Shown: positions 1 through 9,919, counted from the first letter of the stretch. The stretch is DNA of 33,313 nt from an uncultured Mizugakiibacter sp. (GCA_964404785.1 CAYOLM010000001.1:1-33313); one strand, 5' to 3'. The notes: generated from the sequence alone by a model not told the origin. Numbers and translations: made by a program.

Positions 1-34
1 GAAGCTGAGGCAGCTTGAATGTGTGACCGGACAT
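1..34 (-). CDS. Possible 5' end of a gene running off the left edge (MSGHTFKLPQL...), product unknown
   Basis: ATG at 34 on the minus strand, open to the window edge and divergent from the rhomboid gene. Only 11 codons are visible and there is no clear SD. Confidence 0.3.
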   Translation of the reverse strand, partial: MSGHTFKLPQL

Positions 35-277
35 CTTTGTTGACAAACACCGACAGGACCTGTCACTAAACGGAGTACTTCTATAAACCGACCGCACGAC
101 CCGATTGCTGGGTTGCGTCCTCACTCACTTTTCGCCTATCTGGCGGATAGGTTTCGGTAGTTTGCTTCGAAGCACCTAGCACCCGAACCATCACTTCGGT
201 TTTTCAAGCTACCCATGGCATGATGGTGGATTCCGGTTCGCTACTTCCCGGCCAACTGTCGAGCCCACCCAATCATC

Positions 278-961
278 ATGCTTATTCGCCTTCAGCATCC
301 GCAACGCAGCCACCCACCCTGGGTTACCCCTGCGCTGATTCTGATCTGTGCCGGCTTGTACCTGCTCCTCAGCCTGCTTCCTCCCCCGTTACACCGGGAA
401 ATATTGGTGAACTGGGGAAGCGTTCCCCACACCTTGTTCCAGGCTCTCGGTACTGCCAGTTGGAGCACATGGTTGCTAGTCTTGTCGAGACTCGTCACTG
501 CTTTGTTCTTGCATGCCGATGTCCTCCATCTTTTGGGTAATTTACTTTTTCTACTTATTTTTGGCTTACCCTGTGAACGCCGGCTGGGTAGCGCAAGTTT
601 CTTGTTGCTATTTCTCCTCGGTGGTGCGCTGGGCAATCTGGCCGGAGCCATCAGTTTGCCCCAAGCCCTAGCCCCGGTAATTGGCTGCAGCGGGGCCGTC
701 TCCGCGGTAATGGGGGCCTACCTGATCCTGTTACCTCGCGACTCGCTCGGCCTGATCCTGCCGTTAGGCTTGTACTTTGAATTCGTACGCCTTCCTGCGG
801 CACTGCTAATCTTGCTGTGGGCCATGTTGCAATGGCTGTTCAGCCTGCACGGAGCGGATTTCGGTGCCATTGTATGGTGGACCCATCTGGGTGGGTTCGC
901 CTTTGGCGTGCTGTATGCGCTACTCGTGCGACTAGCTGGGATGCAAGGCCACTCCCACTGA
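278..961 (+). CDS. Rhomboid family intramembrane serine protease
   Basis: Multiple TM segments, HADVLHLLGN motif, catalytic GxSG (IGCSGAVS) and C-terminal His (WTHLGGF). Confidence 0.92.
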   Translation: MLIRLQHPQRSHPPWVTPALILICAGLYLLLSLLPPPLHREILVNWGSVPHTLFQALGTASWSTWLLVLSRLVTALFLHADVLHLLGNLLFLLIFGLPCERRLGSASFLLLFLLGGALGNLAGAISLPQALAPVIGCSGAVSAVMGAYLILLPRDSLGLILPLGLYFEFVRLPAALLILLWAMLQWLFSLHGADFGAIVWWTHLGGFAFGVLYALLVRLAGMQGHSH

Positions 962-995
962 TGCATACCCACTGCAATCATGCGATCCTTTCCAC

Positions 996-1316
996 ATGAC
1001 TAAGCAGAAACTTTACAAAATCCAGTTCCTCAGCCAGGGCAAAACCTATGAGCTGTATGCACGGGATGTCAGTAGCAGCCCACTGTGGGGGTTTACGCTA
1101 ATTCGTGATCTGGTGTTCGAATCGGGTGAGGGCATGGTGATCGACCCGGCGGAGGAGCGCCTACGAGAAGAATTTTGCGACACTCAAAGTATCCACCTGC
1201 CGATGCAGACCATTTTACGCATCGAAGAGGTCAAGCGGCGTGGTGGAGTAGCCATTCGCGATGCAGCCAGTGGGGAAAAGATCATGCCCTTCCCACTGCC
1301 ACCATGTAAAATTTGA
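996..1316 (+). CDS. DUF1820-like conserved protein
   Basis: LYKIQFLSQGKTYELYAR...VIDPAEERLREEF...LHLPMQ-type pattern recalled for this gammaproteobacterial family; lies 34 bp downstream of the rhomboid gene. Confidence 0.8.
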   Translation: MTKQKLYKIQFLSQGKTYELYARDVSSSPLWGFTLIRDLVFESGEGMVIDPAEERLREEFCDTQSIHLPMQTILRIEEVKRRGGVAIRDAASGEKIMPFPLPPCKI

Positions 1317-1351
1317 AATTGTAAAACTGCCTATGCAGGGCTGGACAACGG

Positions 1352-2170
1352 CTAAACCTCGATTACTGTCTCCGCTTCATGACGATCTGAATCGGTCTTT
1401 GCATCACCATGATCCAGACCAAACACATCCTTCCAGGCAAAGTACAAGATGGGGCCGAGTAGGGCATACAAGGCGGTGTTGTAGAGCAATGAGACGATCC
1501 ACAGGGCCCGTATGGGCATGAGAACCATCATCAATGGGATCATTACCAGCATACTTGCCGCCAGAATCAGCAGTAGTGTCAGCAGAAATGCCCCAGAGTT
1601 CTTCAGTACGGCCTTGACACTGGAGCCCATCGCCGTCCAGGCACTGCAATCTTCCAACATGGCCCGGGCAATTCCAAAAAATGTCAGGGCATAGGCCAGC
1701 AGCGACAGCCCCAAAAGCAGCGGAATCCAATGTAGCAACCTGGGGATCAAAGCCTTCATCAGAACAATAGGCTGGATGGTCGCAATATCGGTGGGTAAAG
1801 TCCCGCTTGCTTTCATCTGCACCATTACAAAACCCAGGATGATCAAGCCCACCAAGAAGACCCCAATCGCTGGCAATGACAAGGCAATCAGAGAACCCAG
1901 CCGGCGATCACCCTGAAACGCCCGGAACATGGCTACAAACTGGGGCCGACTACGGGTCTGTTCGTGGTTATCGGCAAACTGCCCGGCGTAAATCATGCCA
2001 CCTAGCAATGCCGGTCCAAGTAGCACCACTGTGAGTAGGCCCAGCATGGGAACCAGGCCGATCAGTGCGTATATAAAGCCCATGCCAAGAAAGGTACCCG
2101 GATAACGCCTGACCATCTGCAAGGCTGATCTCAGCCAAAAAACAGCCCGCTTGGCTGGTACTTTTTGCAT
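1352..2170 (-). CDS. BPSS1780-like integral membrane protein
   Basis: About 6 TM helices; N-terminal KVPAKRAVFWLRSALQMVRRYP and PALLGGMIY patterns; GGAGG SD upstream of the ATG. Confidence 0.7.
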   Translation of the reverse strand: MQKVPAKRAVFWLRSALQMVRRYPGTFLGMGFIYALIGLVPMLGLLTVVLLGPALLGGMIYAGQFADNHEQTRSRPQFVAMFRAFQGDRRLGSLIALSLPAIGVFLVGLIILGFVMVQMKASGTLPTDIATIQPIVLMKALIPRLLHWIPLLLGLSLLAYALTFFGIARAMLEDCSAWTAMGSSVKAVLKNSGAFLLTLLLILAASMLVMIPLMMVLMPIRALWIVSLLYNTALYALLGPILYFAWKDVFGLDHGDAKTDSDRHEAETVIEV

Positions 2171-2320
2171 GCCACCTCCGTAATAATTGAGAACTTATCG
2201 TGCCAGAAATCTTTCTAGTCCCGGCGGGATTGCCCGTGCATCCTACCAATATTCAGGGCCTCTGGAAAAACTGCAGGCACCCACTTAGGGCATACCGCCT
2301 AGCGATAGTGGCCGCCTCGC

Positions 2321-3031
2321 TCAAGCCAAACAATGCCGGGCAAACCGACGCAACAGGCGCCGTGCCCAAGGGGCCGAACGGGCCATAGCCAGGGCCGCTT
2401 GTGGATCCTGACCCTCAACCAGCATCGCCACATGCTTCAGTTTGATATAAGCCTTCATCAAGCCTACGCTGAACTCGGGATGGAACTGGGTGGAGAGAGC
2501 GTGGTCGGCATAGAGCAGAAGCTGATGTGGATCCCGCTGCGAATGTGCGTACACCCTTGCTGTGGAGGGCACTTCCAAAACACTCTGCTGGTGAGTGAGA
2601 TGCGCCCGGAACGACCCTGGCAAGCCATCCAGAACGGGTAAGTTAACGCCCTCTTGCCGGGTGATATTTTGAGTGCCGATTTCCCGCCCTCCCGGCAGCG
2701 CGTCCACCCGACCTCCCAGTGCATACGCCATCAACTGATGCCCGTAACACACCCCAAACAACGGCAATTGCGCATCCATAGCGGTACGAATCCAAGCCGC
2801 GGTATTCTCACTCCAGCGAGCATGGTCGGTCAGCATCGCTGCCGAGCCGGTAATGAACGCCCCCGCTACCTCCCGGGGAGCAGGTAAAGTCTCTCCGGCA
2901 AAAACGCGCACCGTACGCACACGATTTACCGGCACACCGGCACCCAACCGAAAATGTTGGGGAAAATCATGTAGACGGGCACGAATTTTGGACGGGGCCT
3001 CGCCCGTAGCGATAATCAGTAGGGGTTTCAT
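2321..3031 (-). CDS. Class I glutamine amidotransferase-like protein
   Basis: ITGS oxyanion strand, GVCYGHQ nucleophile Cys and QFHPE His-Glu. ATG at 3031 is preferred over TTG at 3040. Confidence 0.9.
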   Translation of the reverse strand: MKPLLIIATGEAPSKIRARLHDFPQHFRLGAGVPVNRVRTVRVFAGETLPAPREVAGAFITGSAAMLTDHARWSENTAAWIRTAMDAQLPLFGVCYGHQLMAYALGGRVDALPGGREIGTQNITRQEGVNLPVLDGLPGSFRAHLTHQQSVLEVPSTARVYAHSQRDPHQLLLYADHALSTQFHPEFSVGLMKAYIKLKHVAMLVEGQDPQAALAMARSAPWARRLLRRFARHCLA

Positions 3032-3117
3032 ATTGTACAAATAGGCTGGTTTAGTCGATTCTACCTGTTCTTGTTCCCATTGCGGAACGCTCCCGATCCT
3101 ATCAAGAAGCCTGCTTC

Positions 3118-4692
3118 ATGCGATCTGAACGCCTCTGGCAACGTGCCCAACAATACATCGTCGATGAACAACTCGATGCTGCCCAGGTAAGCCTGCAATC
3201 GCTGCTGCAACGCGACCCAGGCAATGCCCAGGCGTACATATTGCTATCCAGCGTCGCCCTTGGTCGCGGCCAGTTGCGCGAAGGCTGTGCCTATGCCCTA
3301 GGCGCAGCACAACACCTGCCCGATGATCCCGAACAGATTGCAGTGATCGCCCATTGCCTATTTCGTATCGGCGAAGCCCGGGCCGCCCACGAATGCATGG
3401 CGCATGCTGCGGTCCATGCTTGTCAGTCTGGATTGGTTCTTAATCAGCTCGCCCATATCCATCAACTCTTGGGTGACCATCGCCAAGCACTTAATTACAT
3501 GAATAAAGCCCTGGCACAGGGTTTTGATAACGCCGAGTTTCGTTATTTTCGGGCCCTGCAATTGCAATTTAACGGCCATCTTCCGGAAGCGGAAGAGGAA
3601 ATGAACAAGGCGCTTGGCAACGGCACCACCATCGGTCGGGCGAGCCTTGCCCTGGCGCGCATGCACCGGCAAAGCGACGATAATAATCACCTCGAAATGA
3701 TTGCCGCCCGTCTCGGTAAAGTTGCACAAGGTAGCGAAGATCATGCTTCGTTGGAATTCGCCCACTACAAGGAGCTCGATGATCTTGATCGTCGTGAGGA
3801 AGCCTGGCTGGCACTGAGCCGAGGCAACGCCATCATGCACCAGCGCCTACCGCAGGATATCGAGCAAGAGCGTTTATTATTCCATAACCTACTGCAATTC
3901 AAGATTGCTGCTCACCTGCCAGCGGTCAGCACCCCAACAACTATAGACGGGCCCATGCCCATATTCATCCTGGGCATGCCTCGCTCCGGCACCACCTTGC
4001 TGGAACAACTGCTGGGCAACCATTCGCAAATCGCCACACCCGGTGAGCTGTCCGACTTCCCGAAACAACTACGCTGGGCAACCAATCGTCACGGTGCCGG
4101 GCTGTTGGATCCAGGGGTACTCGAAGGCCTGGTAGATATCGATTTTGCCAAGCTCGGGCAACGCTATCTGCAGCAATCACAATGGCGCGCCGCTGACCAA
4201 CCGTTTTACATCGATAAACTACCGGCCAATTTCATGCTTGCCGGGCTGATTCATCTGGCTCTGCCCCAAGCGCCCATTCTGCACATGGTGCGTGAGCCGA
4301 TGGACCTGGTCTATTCCAACCTGCGAGCCTTTTTTGGCGATAGTTACATCTACAGCTATGACCTCGAAGTACTAGCCCGGCACACTTCGCGCTACCGAGC
4401 ACTGATGCAGCATTGGCATCAAGCCATGCCCGGGATCATCCATGACGTCCATTATGCAAACCTGGTATCCAAGCCGGAGGCCACCCTGCGGCAGGTCTTC
4501 GAATACTGCGGCCTGGAGCTGGAACCCGCTTGTCTGGATACCATTCACGCCGTGCGTCCGGTAGCTACCCTAAGTAGCCCCCAGATCAGGGAAGGCATCC
4601 ACCAGCGCGGTCTGGGTGGTTGGCGTCGCTACGCCGAACAGCTGGAGACGGCCCGGGTGATCCTGAACCAACCGGCTGACCTACACAGCTGA
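3118..4692 (+). CDS. TPR-repeat-containing sulfotransferase
   Basis: N-terminal helical TPR-like repeats; PAPS-binding loop PIFILGMPRSGTTLLEQLL, DKLPANF and MVREPMD motifs. Confidence 0.88.
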   Translation: MRSERLWQRAQQYIVDEQLDAAQVSLQSLLQRDPGNAQAYILLSSVALGRGQLREGCAYALGAAQHLPDDPEQIAVIAHCLFRIGEARAAHECMAHAAVHACQSGLVLNQLAHIHQLLGDHRQALNYMNKALAQGFDNAEFRYFRALQLQFNGHLPEAEEEMNKALGNGTTIGRASLALARMHRQSDDNNHLEMIAARLGKVAQGSEDHASLEFAHYKELDDLDRREEAWLALSRGNAIMHQRLPQDIEQERLLFHNLLQFKIAAHLPAVSTPTTIDGPMPIFILGMPRSGTTLLEQLLGNHSQIATPGELSDFPKQLRWATNRHGAGLLDPGVLEGLVDIDFAKLGQRYLQQSQWRAADQPFYIDKLPANFMLAGLIHLALPQAPILHMVREPMDLVYSNLRAFFGDSYIYSYDLEVLARHTSRYRALMQHWHQAMPGIIHDVHYANLVSKPEATLRQVFEYCGLELEPACLDTIHAVRPVATLSSPQIREGIHQRGLGGWRRYAEQLETARVILNQPADLHS

Positions 4693-4726
4693 ATTCGTCC
4701 TGCATTAGACACGTACCGCCTTTCCA

Positions 4727-4920
4727 GCCATTTCTGCACAGGCGGAAATCTACCTGGCCCGAATCACGTTTCAGGTTCATCGCTCGAAGCGTGTTTGAGG
4801 CTCGCTCGGACGCTACCGCCAGGATGTGGATCCCGGGTCTTCGCCCGGGATGACGGTGTTTTTGTGGCGCCCACACCCCCATTCGTCATTCCCGCACAGG
4901 CGGAAATCCAGCCGGCCCAG
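4727..4920. repeat. REP/BIME-like palindromic repeat cluster 1
   Basis: Degenerate B unit at 4727-4752, A unit tggatcccgggtcttcgcccgggatgac at 4827-4854, B unit gtcattcccgcacaggcggaaatcca at 4885-4910. The linker gctcggacgctaccgc is shared with the 24.4 kb cluster. Lies between convergent genes. Confidence 0.85.
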
Positions 4921-5482
4921 CCTGTATCGAACCGGCAAGCACAGCCTCCCGTACGAGTGCAAATGCATCAGGTTTGAAGGCAACACGCTGCGGGTCGCGC
5001 ATCGACTGTACCGGTTCCACCTGAAAGCAGCGGCCCACGCCGGCCGCCTTACCGGCAGCAACATCGCTGGGCTTATCGCCAACCAGCACACTGGCCGCCA
5101 GATCCAGATTGAGCTCCACCGCCGCGCATAGAATCATACCCGGCGCCGGCTTACGGCACTCACACACTTTCCGGTATCGTGCCACCTTGCCTTCGGGATG
5201 ATGCGGACAAAAGTACACTCCCGCCAAGGGCACCCCACGTTCTGCGAATTCCTGCTGCATCCAATCCATGTAAGTGTGGAAGTCGTCCTCAGAATAATAA
5301 CCCCGGGCAATCCCTGCCTGGTTGGTAACGACCACCAGCCGATAGCCCGCCGCTAGCGCCTGCTCGCACAATTTGAAGATGCCCTTCACGAATACCGTCT
5401 GCTCGGGCTGAACCCCATAACCGAAATCGACATTAATAATGCCGTCGCGATCGAGAAACAAAGCGGGGCTAGCTTGGTGCAT
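4886..5482 (-). CDS. gmhB: D-glycero-D-manno-heptose 1,7-bisphosphate phosphatase (HAD family)
   Basis: ALFLDRDGIIN, VVTNQAGIARG, Zn site CPHHP...CECRKP and VGDKPSD; adjacent to gmhA. The start could instead be GTG at 5515. Confidence 0.9.
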   Translation of the reverse strand: MHQASPALFLDRDGIINVDFGYGVQPEQTVFVKGIFKLCEQALAAGYRLVVVTNQAGIARGYYSEDDFHTYMDWMQQEFAERGVPLAGVYFCPHHPEGKVARYRKVCECRKPAPGMILCAAVELNLDLAASVLVGDKPSDVAAGKAAGVGRCFQVEPVQSMRDPQRVAFKPDAFALVREAVLAGSIQAGPAGFPPVRE

Positions 5483-5537
5483 CAGGGCTCTCGGAGCGCT
5501 AGGGACAAAGGCCACAGCATGCTACAGGCTCCCGAAT

Positions 5538-6134
5538 TCATCGCTGCGACTCATCCGTACCAAACATGCTTTGCTCGATCATTCCACAGATCAGGTGACC
5601 GAGAAATTCGTGGCCTTCCTGAATGCGTGGGGTATGCGCAGATGGCATGCGAAAACACACCTCGCACATCGATGCCATCTTGCCGCCATCACCACCGGTA
5701 AAACCGACTACCCCGACACCCCGCTCCTGGGCCGCCTGGATGGCCCGCAAAATATTCGCTGAATGACCCGATGTCGACAACGCCCAGAAGCGGTCCCCCT
5801 GGCGCGCCAAGGCCTCGATCTGCCGGGCGAAGACATAGTCATAGCCGTAATCGTTGCCCACCGCGGTGAGAATACTGGAATCCGTCGTCAAGGCGATTGA
5901 GGCCAGACCAGGACGGTCGAAGTTGAATCGCGCTACCAGTTCCCCCGCCCAGTGCTGCGCATCAGCCGCACTGCCCCCATTACCGGCGATAAGGATCTTG
6001 CCACCCGCCCGCAAGACTTGTACCGAATCGGTAACGACCTGCTCAATATCAGCCCGCAGCAGCGTATCGGTACTCATGGCCTGAAACATCGCCTGGTGCG
6101 CCTGAAATTCCGCTTGAAGACTTTTCACAAACAT
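5538..6134 (-). CDS. gmhA: Sedoheptulose 7-phosphate isomerase
   Basis: GNGGSAADAQH, NDYGY, STSGHS and PRIQEGH motifs; AAGGAG SD before the ATG at 6134. Confidence 0.95.
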   Translation of the reverse strand: MFVKSLQAEFQAHQAMFQAMSTDTLLRADIEQVVTDSVQVLRAGGKILIAGNGGSAADAQHWAGELVARFNFDRPGLASIALTTDSSILTAVGNDYGYDYVFARQIEALARQGDRFWALSTSGHSANILRAIQAAQERGVGVVGFTGGDGGKMASMCEVCFRMPSAHTPRIQEGHEFLGHLICGMIEQSMFGTDESQR

Positions 6135-6612
6135 TGATATCACTCCTTTCTTCAACCTGGAGCCAAGACCAAGACGTGACCCCTGGTAGAAACCTTAGCA
6201 TCAACGAGAACCTTACCGGAATCCACGGGCAAAACGGTTGCAGAGGTTGACTGGGCAGGCCTTTTTATAGATTGCATTATCCATGGTAAAGTAGGCTGAG
6301 AAATTAGAGACCCTATAAAACCATCGCGAGTGAACTTAGCACTAATAGTCGCGTAGTGAGCAAAGAGATGTATCAAGTGGATAGGCTAGACCCGAATGAG
6401 CACATGACACCGCAAACGCGCTCGTGCAATAGCCTTTTAAGGATCCCCTTTATTTTACCAGCGAAGACATGCAGGGGTGCGTGTCAGGCTTTATGGGTAC
6501 TGAATCTTTCACTCAACAACCAGATTCGATCATGTCTCGCTAAAAGACCCTTAATGATTCCAGTAAGTCATCGCGGACGGCGAGAACGAATTTCTAAACA
6601 GCGGAGAATACA

Positions 6613-7794
6613 ATGAAAGTACTGATTCTAGGCGGCGATGGCTTCTGTGGCTGGCCCACAGCCTTGCACTTGTCAGCAGAAGGTCACGAGATTGCCATCG
6701 TCGACAATCTCTCACGGCGGCGCATTGATATCGAACTGGAATGCGATTCCCTCACTCCCATCCGCCCTATGGGTGAGCGTCTGCGGGCATGGAAAGAAAC
6801 ATCTGGTCGAGACATCGCCTTTTACCGTTTCGATGTCGCTGACAATTACCAACGACTGCTCAACCTCCTGTATGAATGGCAGCCTCACGCCATCGTGCAT
6901 TTCGCCGAACAACGCTCCGCACCGTACTCGATGAAATCGAGCTATCACAAACGCTATACCGTCAACAACAATCTCAATGCCACTAACAACCTGTTAGCTG
7001 CTGTGGTTGATAGTGGGCTGGACATCCACATTGTGCACCTTGGCACCATGGGGGTGTATGGCTATGGCACCGCCGGTATGAAGATCCCCGAAGGTTACCT
7101 AAAAATCAAAGTGGAAGTAGATAATGGCAAACTGGTTGACAACGAAATTTTGTATCCGGCCAATCCCGGCAGCATCTACCATATGACCAAGACTCAGGAT
7201 CAGCTGATTTTTGCTTACTACAACAAGAATGACCAAGTGCGGGTGACCGACCTGCACCAAGGTATTGTCTGGGGCACACAAACTAAACAAACCAAACTCG
7301 ACGAACGCCTGATCAACCGGTTTGACTACGATGGTGACTACGGTACCGTACTCAACCGATTTCTCATGCAAGCTGCAGTGAACTATCCTCTTAGCGTGCA
7401 CGGTACCGGTGGTCAGACCCGTGCCTTCATTCATATTCAGGACACCGTAAAATGCATCCAGTTAGCACTGGAGAACTCTCCTAGTCCGGGCGAAAGGGTA
7501 CAAATCTTTAACCAGATGACCGAGACCCATCGGGTACGTGATCTGGCCAAGATGGTCGCCGAACGAACCGGTGCTACGGTCGAAAACATTCCCAACCCAC
7601 GGGTAGAGGCCGACGAGAACGAGCTGCACGTAGCCAATGATAGGTTCTTACATCTCGGCCTGAAGCCGATAACCCTGAGCGATGGCCTGCTTGAGGAGGT
7701 AGGTGAAATTGCCCACAAGTACGCACACCGCTGTGACAAGAGCAAGATTCCATGTGTATCGTTATGGAAATCAAGCGTCAAGCCCAGCTCATGA
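6613..7794 (+). CDS. sqdB: UDP-sulfoquinovose synthase
   Basis: GGDGFCGWPTALHLS, HFAEQRSAPYSMKS, HLGTMGVYG, YHMTK, DLHQGIVWG and RFDYDGDYGTVLNRF signatures of SqdB/SQD1; GGAG SD. Confidence 0.93.
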   Translation: MKVLILGGDGFCGWPTALHLSAEGHEIAIVDNLSRRRIDIELECDSLTPIRPMGERLRAWKETSGRDIAFYRFDVADNYQRLLNLLYEWQPHAIVHFAEQRSAPYSMKSSYHKRYTVNNNLNATNNLLAAVVDSGLDIHIVHLGTMGVYGYGTAGMKIPEGYLKIKVEVDNGKLVDNEILYPANPGSIYHMTKTQDQLIFAYYNKNDQVRVTDLHQGIVWGTQTKQTKLDERLINRFDYDGDYGTVLNRFLMQAAVNYPLSVHGTGGQTRAFIHIQDTVKCIQLALENSPSPGERVQIFNQMTETHRVRDLAKMVAERTGATVENIPNPRVEADENELHVANDRFLHLGLKPITLSDGLLEEVGEIAHKYAHRCDKSKIPCVSLWKSSVKPSS

Positions 7795-7824
7795 TGCCCT
7801 GCTCTGAGGTGCTCATCCCATAGC

Positions 7825-8694
7825 TCAGCTTATCTTCAGTGATTTCTTTGCATGAAAGATAATAGTCAAGATAAACAAGAGTGCCAAAAGTATCAGGAAT
7901 ACCGCACGATCCATAACACTCGCGGCAACAATAGTGGCTGTGCTTACATGGTGCAGCCTCTCACTGAATACCAGGAATGACTCACGGATACCGATAGCCC
8001 CAGGCGTCAAGGCGACAAACAACGAAAAGTTCGCCGCCCCAGTGTAGGTAATGGCCTGGGGTAAAGTGATATGCGGATTTACGACGCGCAACTCGAAGGC
8101 ATATACGGCAACCTGTGCAGCAGCCTGAACCAGCGTAGCGGTAAAAAGAAATAGTACGTTTAGCATGCTAATATCAAGTATATCAGCCTTACTCCTGGAG
8201 CGTTGTTTATACCACCGGACGACCAAGAAACTTGTAACAAATACAAGAGCGAGGCCTGTCAAGGTTTGCCACCATGGACGGCTGGCAACAAGCAGCATCA
8301 GGGTGCTGATGATGGCGTAGCACATATAATACACAAGAGATGCCAGAATGTAATTGCGGATACCTAGCGCATGTTGTTTCCTGAGATAAAGCCCACGTAC
8401 TGCAAGTCCACCCTGACCTGGTACAAAGAAATTAACCAGGGTGGAATAGGCATTAAGTAGTATGTTTTCTCCAGGCGGCAATGAAGTTTGACATATACGT
8501 AAGGTTGCATGCACCGTCAAAACAAGCGCTGCAAACCAGCCTATATAGAGTAAGACAAGCCAGGCAACCTCATTCATCGGTATACGTAGCAGTTGCTGCA
8601 ATAATTCTTGATGATGACTCAAATAGTAGGCAAACACTGCAACCGTTACAATGATGAAAATGACACGTAGGGCTGTGGAATAAATATTTCTCAT
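7825..8694 (-). CDS. Lysylphosphatidylglycerol-synthase-TM (UPF0104)-like membrane protein, putative flippase
   Basis: About 8 TM helices, NFFVPGQGG and LTPGAIGIRE motifs and a terminal DR, typical of this family. Confidence 0.78.
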   Translation of the reverse strand: MRNIYSTALRVIFIIVTVAVFAYYLSHHQELLQQLLRIPMNEVAWLVLLYIGWFAALVLTVHATLRICQTSLPPGENILLNAYSTLVNFFVPGQGGLAVRGLYLRKQHALGIRNYILASLVYYMCYAIISTLMLLVASRPWWQTLTGLALVFVTSFLVVRWYKQRSRSKADILDISMLNVLFLFTATLVQAAAQVAVYAFELRVVNPHITLPQAITYTGAANFSLFVALTPGAIGIRESFLVFSERLHHVSTATIVAASVMDRAVFLILLALLFILTIIFHAKKSLKIS

Positions 8695-8962
8695 AAAAAG
8701 CAGGATTGAGATTGTCTACCAAGATTCAGAAGGAAAGCGGTTTGCTGCCACAGGTATAGCCTGGCGTATGGTGGTCCACATCACTCTTAGATAGCAAAGA
8801 TATACTACAATACATCAAACATTCCAACATTCGTATGATCAGCATGGAATCTACGGCAGATACACGGGACCACCATCTTTCGTCAACCCATATGGAAAAA
8901 TATCCTGGGATTAACGATACTGATCGGTACCCAGACTACTACACGAGTTCTTGGAGGCTACT

Positions 8963-9919
8963 GTGAAACTGATTGTTATGATTCCTTGTCTGAACGAGGA
9001 AGCAACACTCCCCCTGGTGCTCAAGGGAATCCCCAGGCAGATTCAGGGTATAGCCAGCATTGAGGTACTGATTATTGATGATGGTTGTATCGATGCGACC
9101 GTCGACATTGCCAGGCAGTATGGTGTTACACATTTTGTGCACCATCTACGAAATCAGGGTTTAAGTCGGTCATTTCGTGATGGTCTAACCCATTCTCTAG
9201 AGCTCGGTGCCGACATCATAGTGCTGACTGACGGCGATAACCAGTACAAACAAGAATGTATACCTGAGCTAATACAACCCATTATTGATGGGAAGGCTGA
9301 TACTGTAATCGCTGACCGCGAAACGCAGACTATAGAACACTTCTCAACAATGAAAAAACTCTTACAGAAATTTGGAACCTGGGTACTCAACAAAGCGGCG
9401 GGCACATCCATTCCCGACGCTACCAGCGGTTTTCGTGCCTACAGCCGACAGGCCGCCCTGCAATTAAACGTAATTACCGAATACAGCTTTGCTACAGAAA
9501 CAACCATTCAGGCTTCACACAAGCACCATGCTATAGCTATTGTACCCATTAAGACCAATGAGAAACTCAGAGAGTCGAGACAGTTTAAATCTTCTTGGGA
9601 ACACGTTAGGAAATCGGGTGTAACAATAATTCGGGCTTTCATTATGTATAAGCCCTATGCATTATTTATTACTCTTGGACTATTTTTCCTAATACTTGGA
9701 ATAATCCCTTTTATTTATTTTTTCTGGATTGCTATTACCAACCACCAGTGGTTGGTATTTGGCCCCCATCACATTCGCTCTCTAGTTATTGGCTCTGTGT
9801 TACTCGTAGCCTCATTTATATCATTTACACTAGGGGTCATTGCTGATTTAGTGCGTATAAACCGTTTACTGATCGAAGATGTACTCGAACTTGTGAAAAA
9901 ATCTTATCTAAGTAAGTAG
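8963..9919 (+). CDS. GT2 polyprenol-phosphate glycosyltransferase (DPM1/GtrB-like)
   Basis: IPCLNEE, IIDDG, NQG, TDGDNQY (DxD) and DATSGFRAYSR motifs plus two C-terminal TM helices; GGAGG SD 5 nt before the GTG at 8963. Confidence 0.88.
   Translation: MKLIVMIPCLNEEATLPLVLKGIPRQIQGIASIEVLIIDDGCIDATVDIARQYGVTHFVHHLRNQGLSRSFRDGLTHSLELGADIIVLTDGDNQYKQECIPELIQPIIDGKADTVIADRETQTIEHFSTMKKLLQKFGTWVLNKAAGTSIPDATSGFRAYSRQAALQLNVITEYSFATETTIQASHKHHAIAIVPIKTNEKLRESRQFKSSWEHVRKSGVTIIRAFIMYKPYALFITLGLFFLILGIIPFIYFFWIAITNHQWLVFGPHHIRSLVIGSVLLVASFISFTLGVIADLVRINRLLIEDVLELVKKSYLSK

Noticed and set aside
1-34. Superoxide dismutase N-terminus (FKLPQL)
   Set aside because: Eleven residues are too few; it could equally be a signal-peptide n-region.
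4586-5131. Short ORFs over repeat cluster 1
   Set aside because: Repeat-derived or overlapping gmhB and the sulfotransferase gene.
6152-6376. 74-aa ORF as a decayed hddA heptose kinase upstream of gmhA
   Set aside because: The position is suggestive, but there is no GHMP GAGGGG motif and only a vague resemblance; it needs tBLASTn.
6356-6616. 86-aa ORF or Pho box upstream of sqdB
   Set aside because: No recognisable motifs and no clear CTGTCAT direct repeats.
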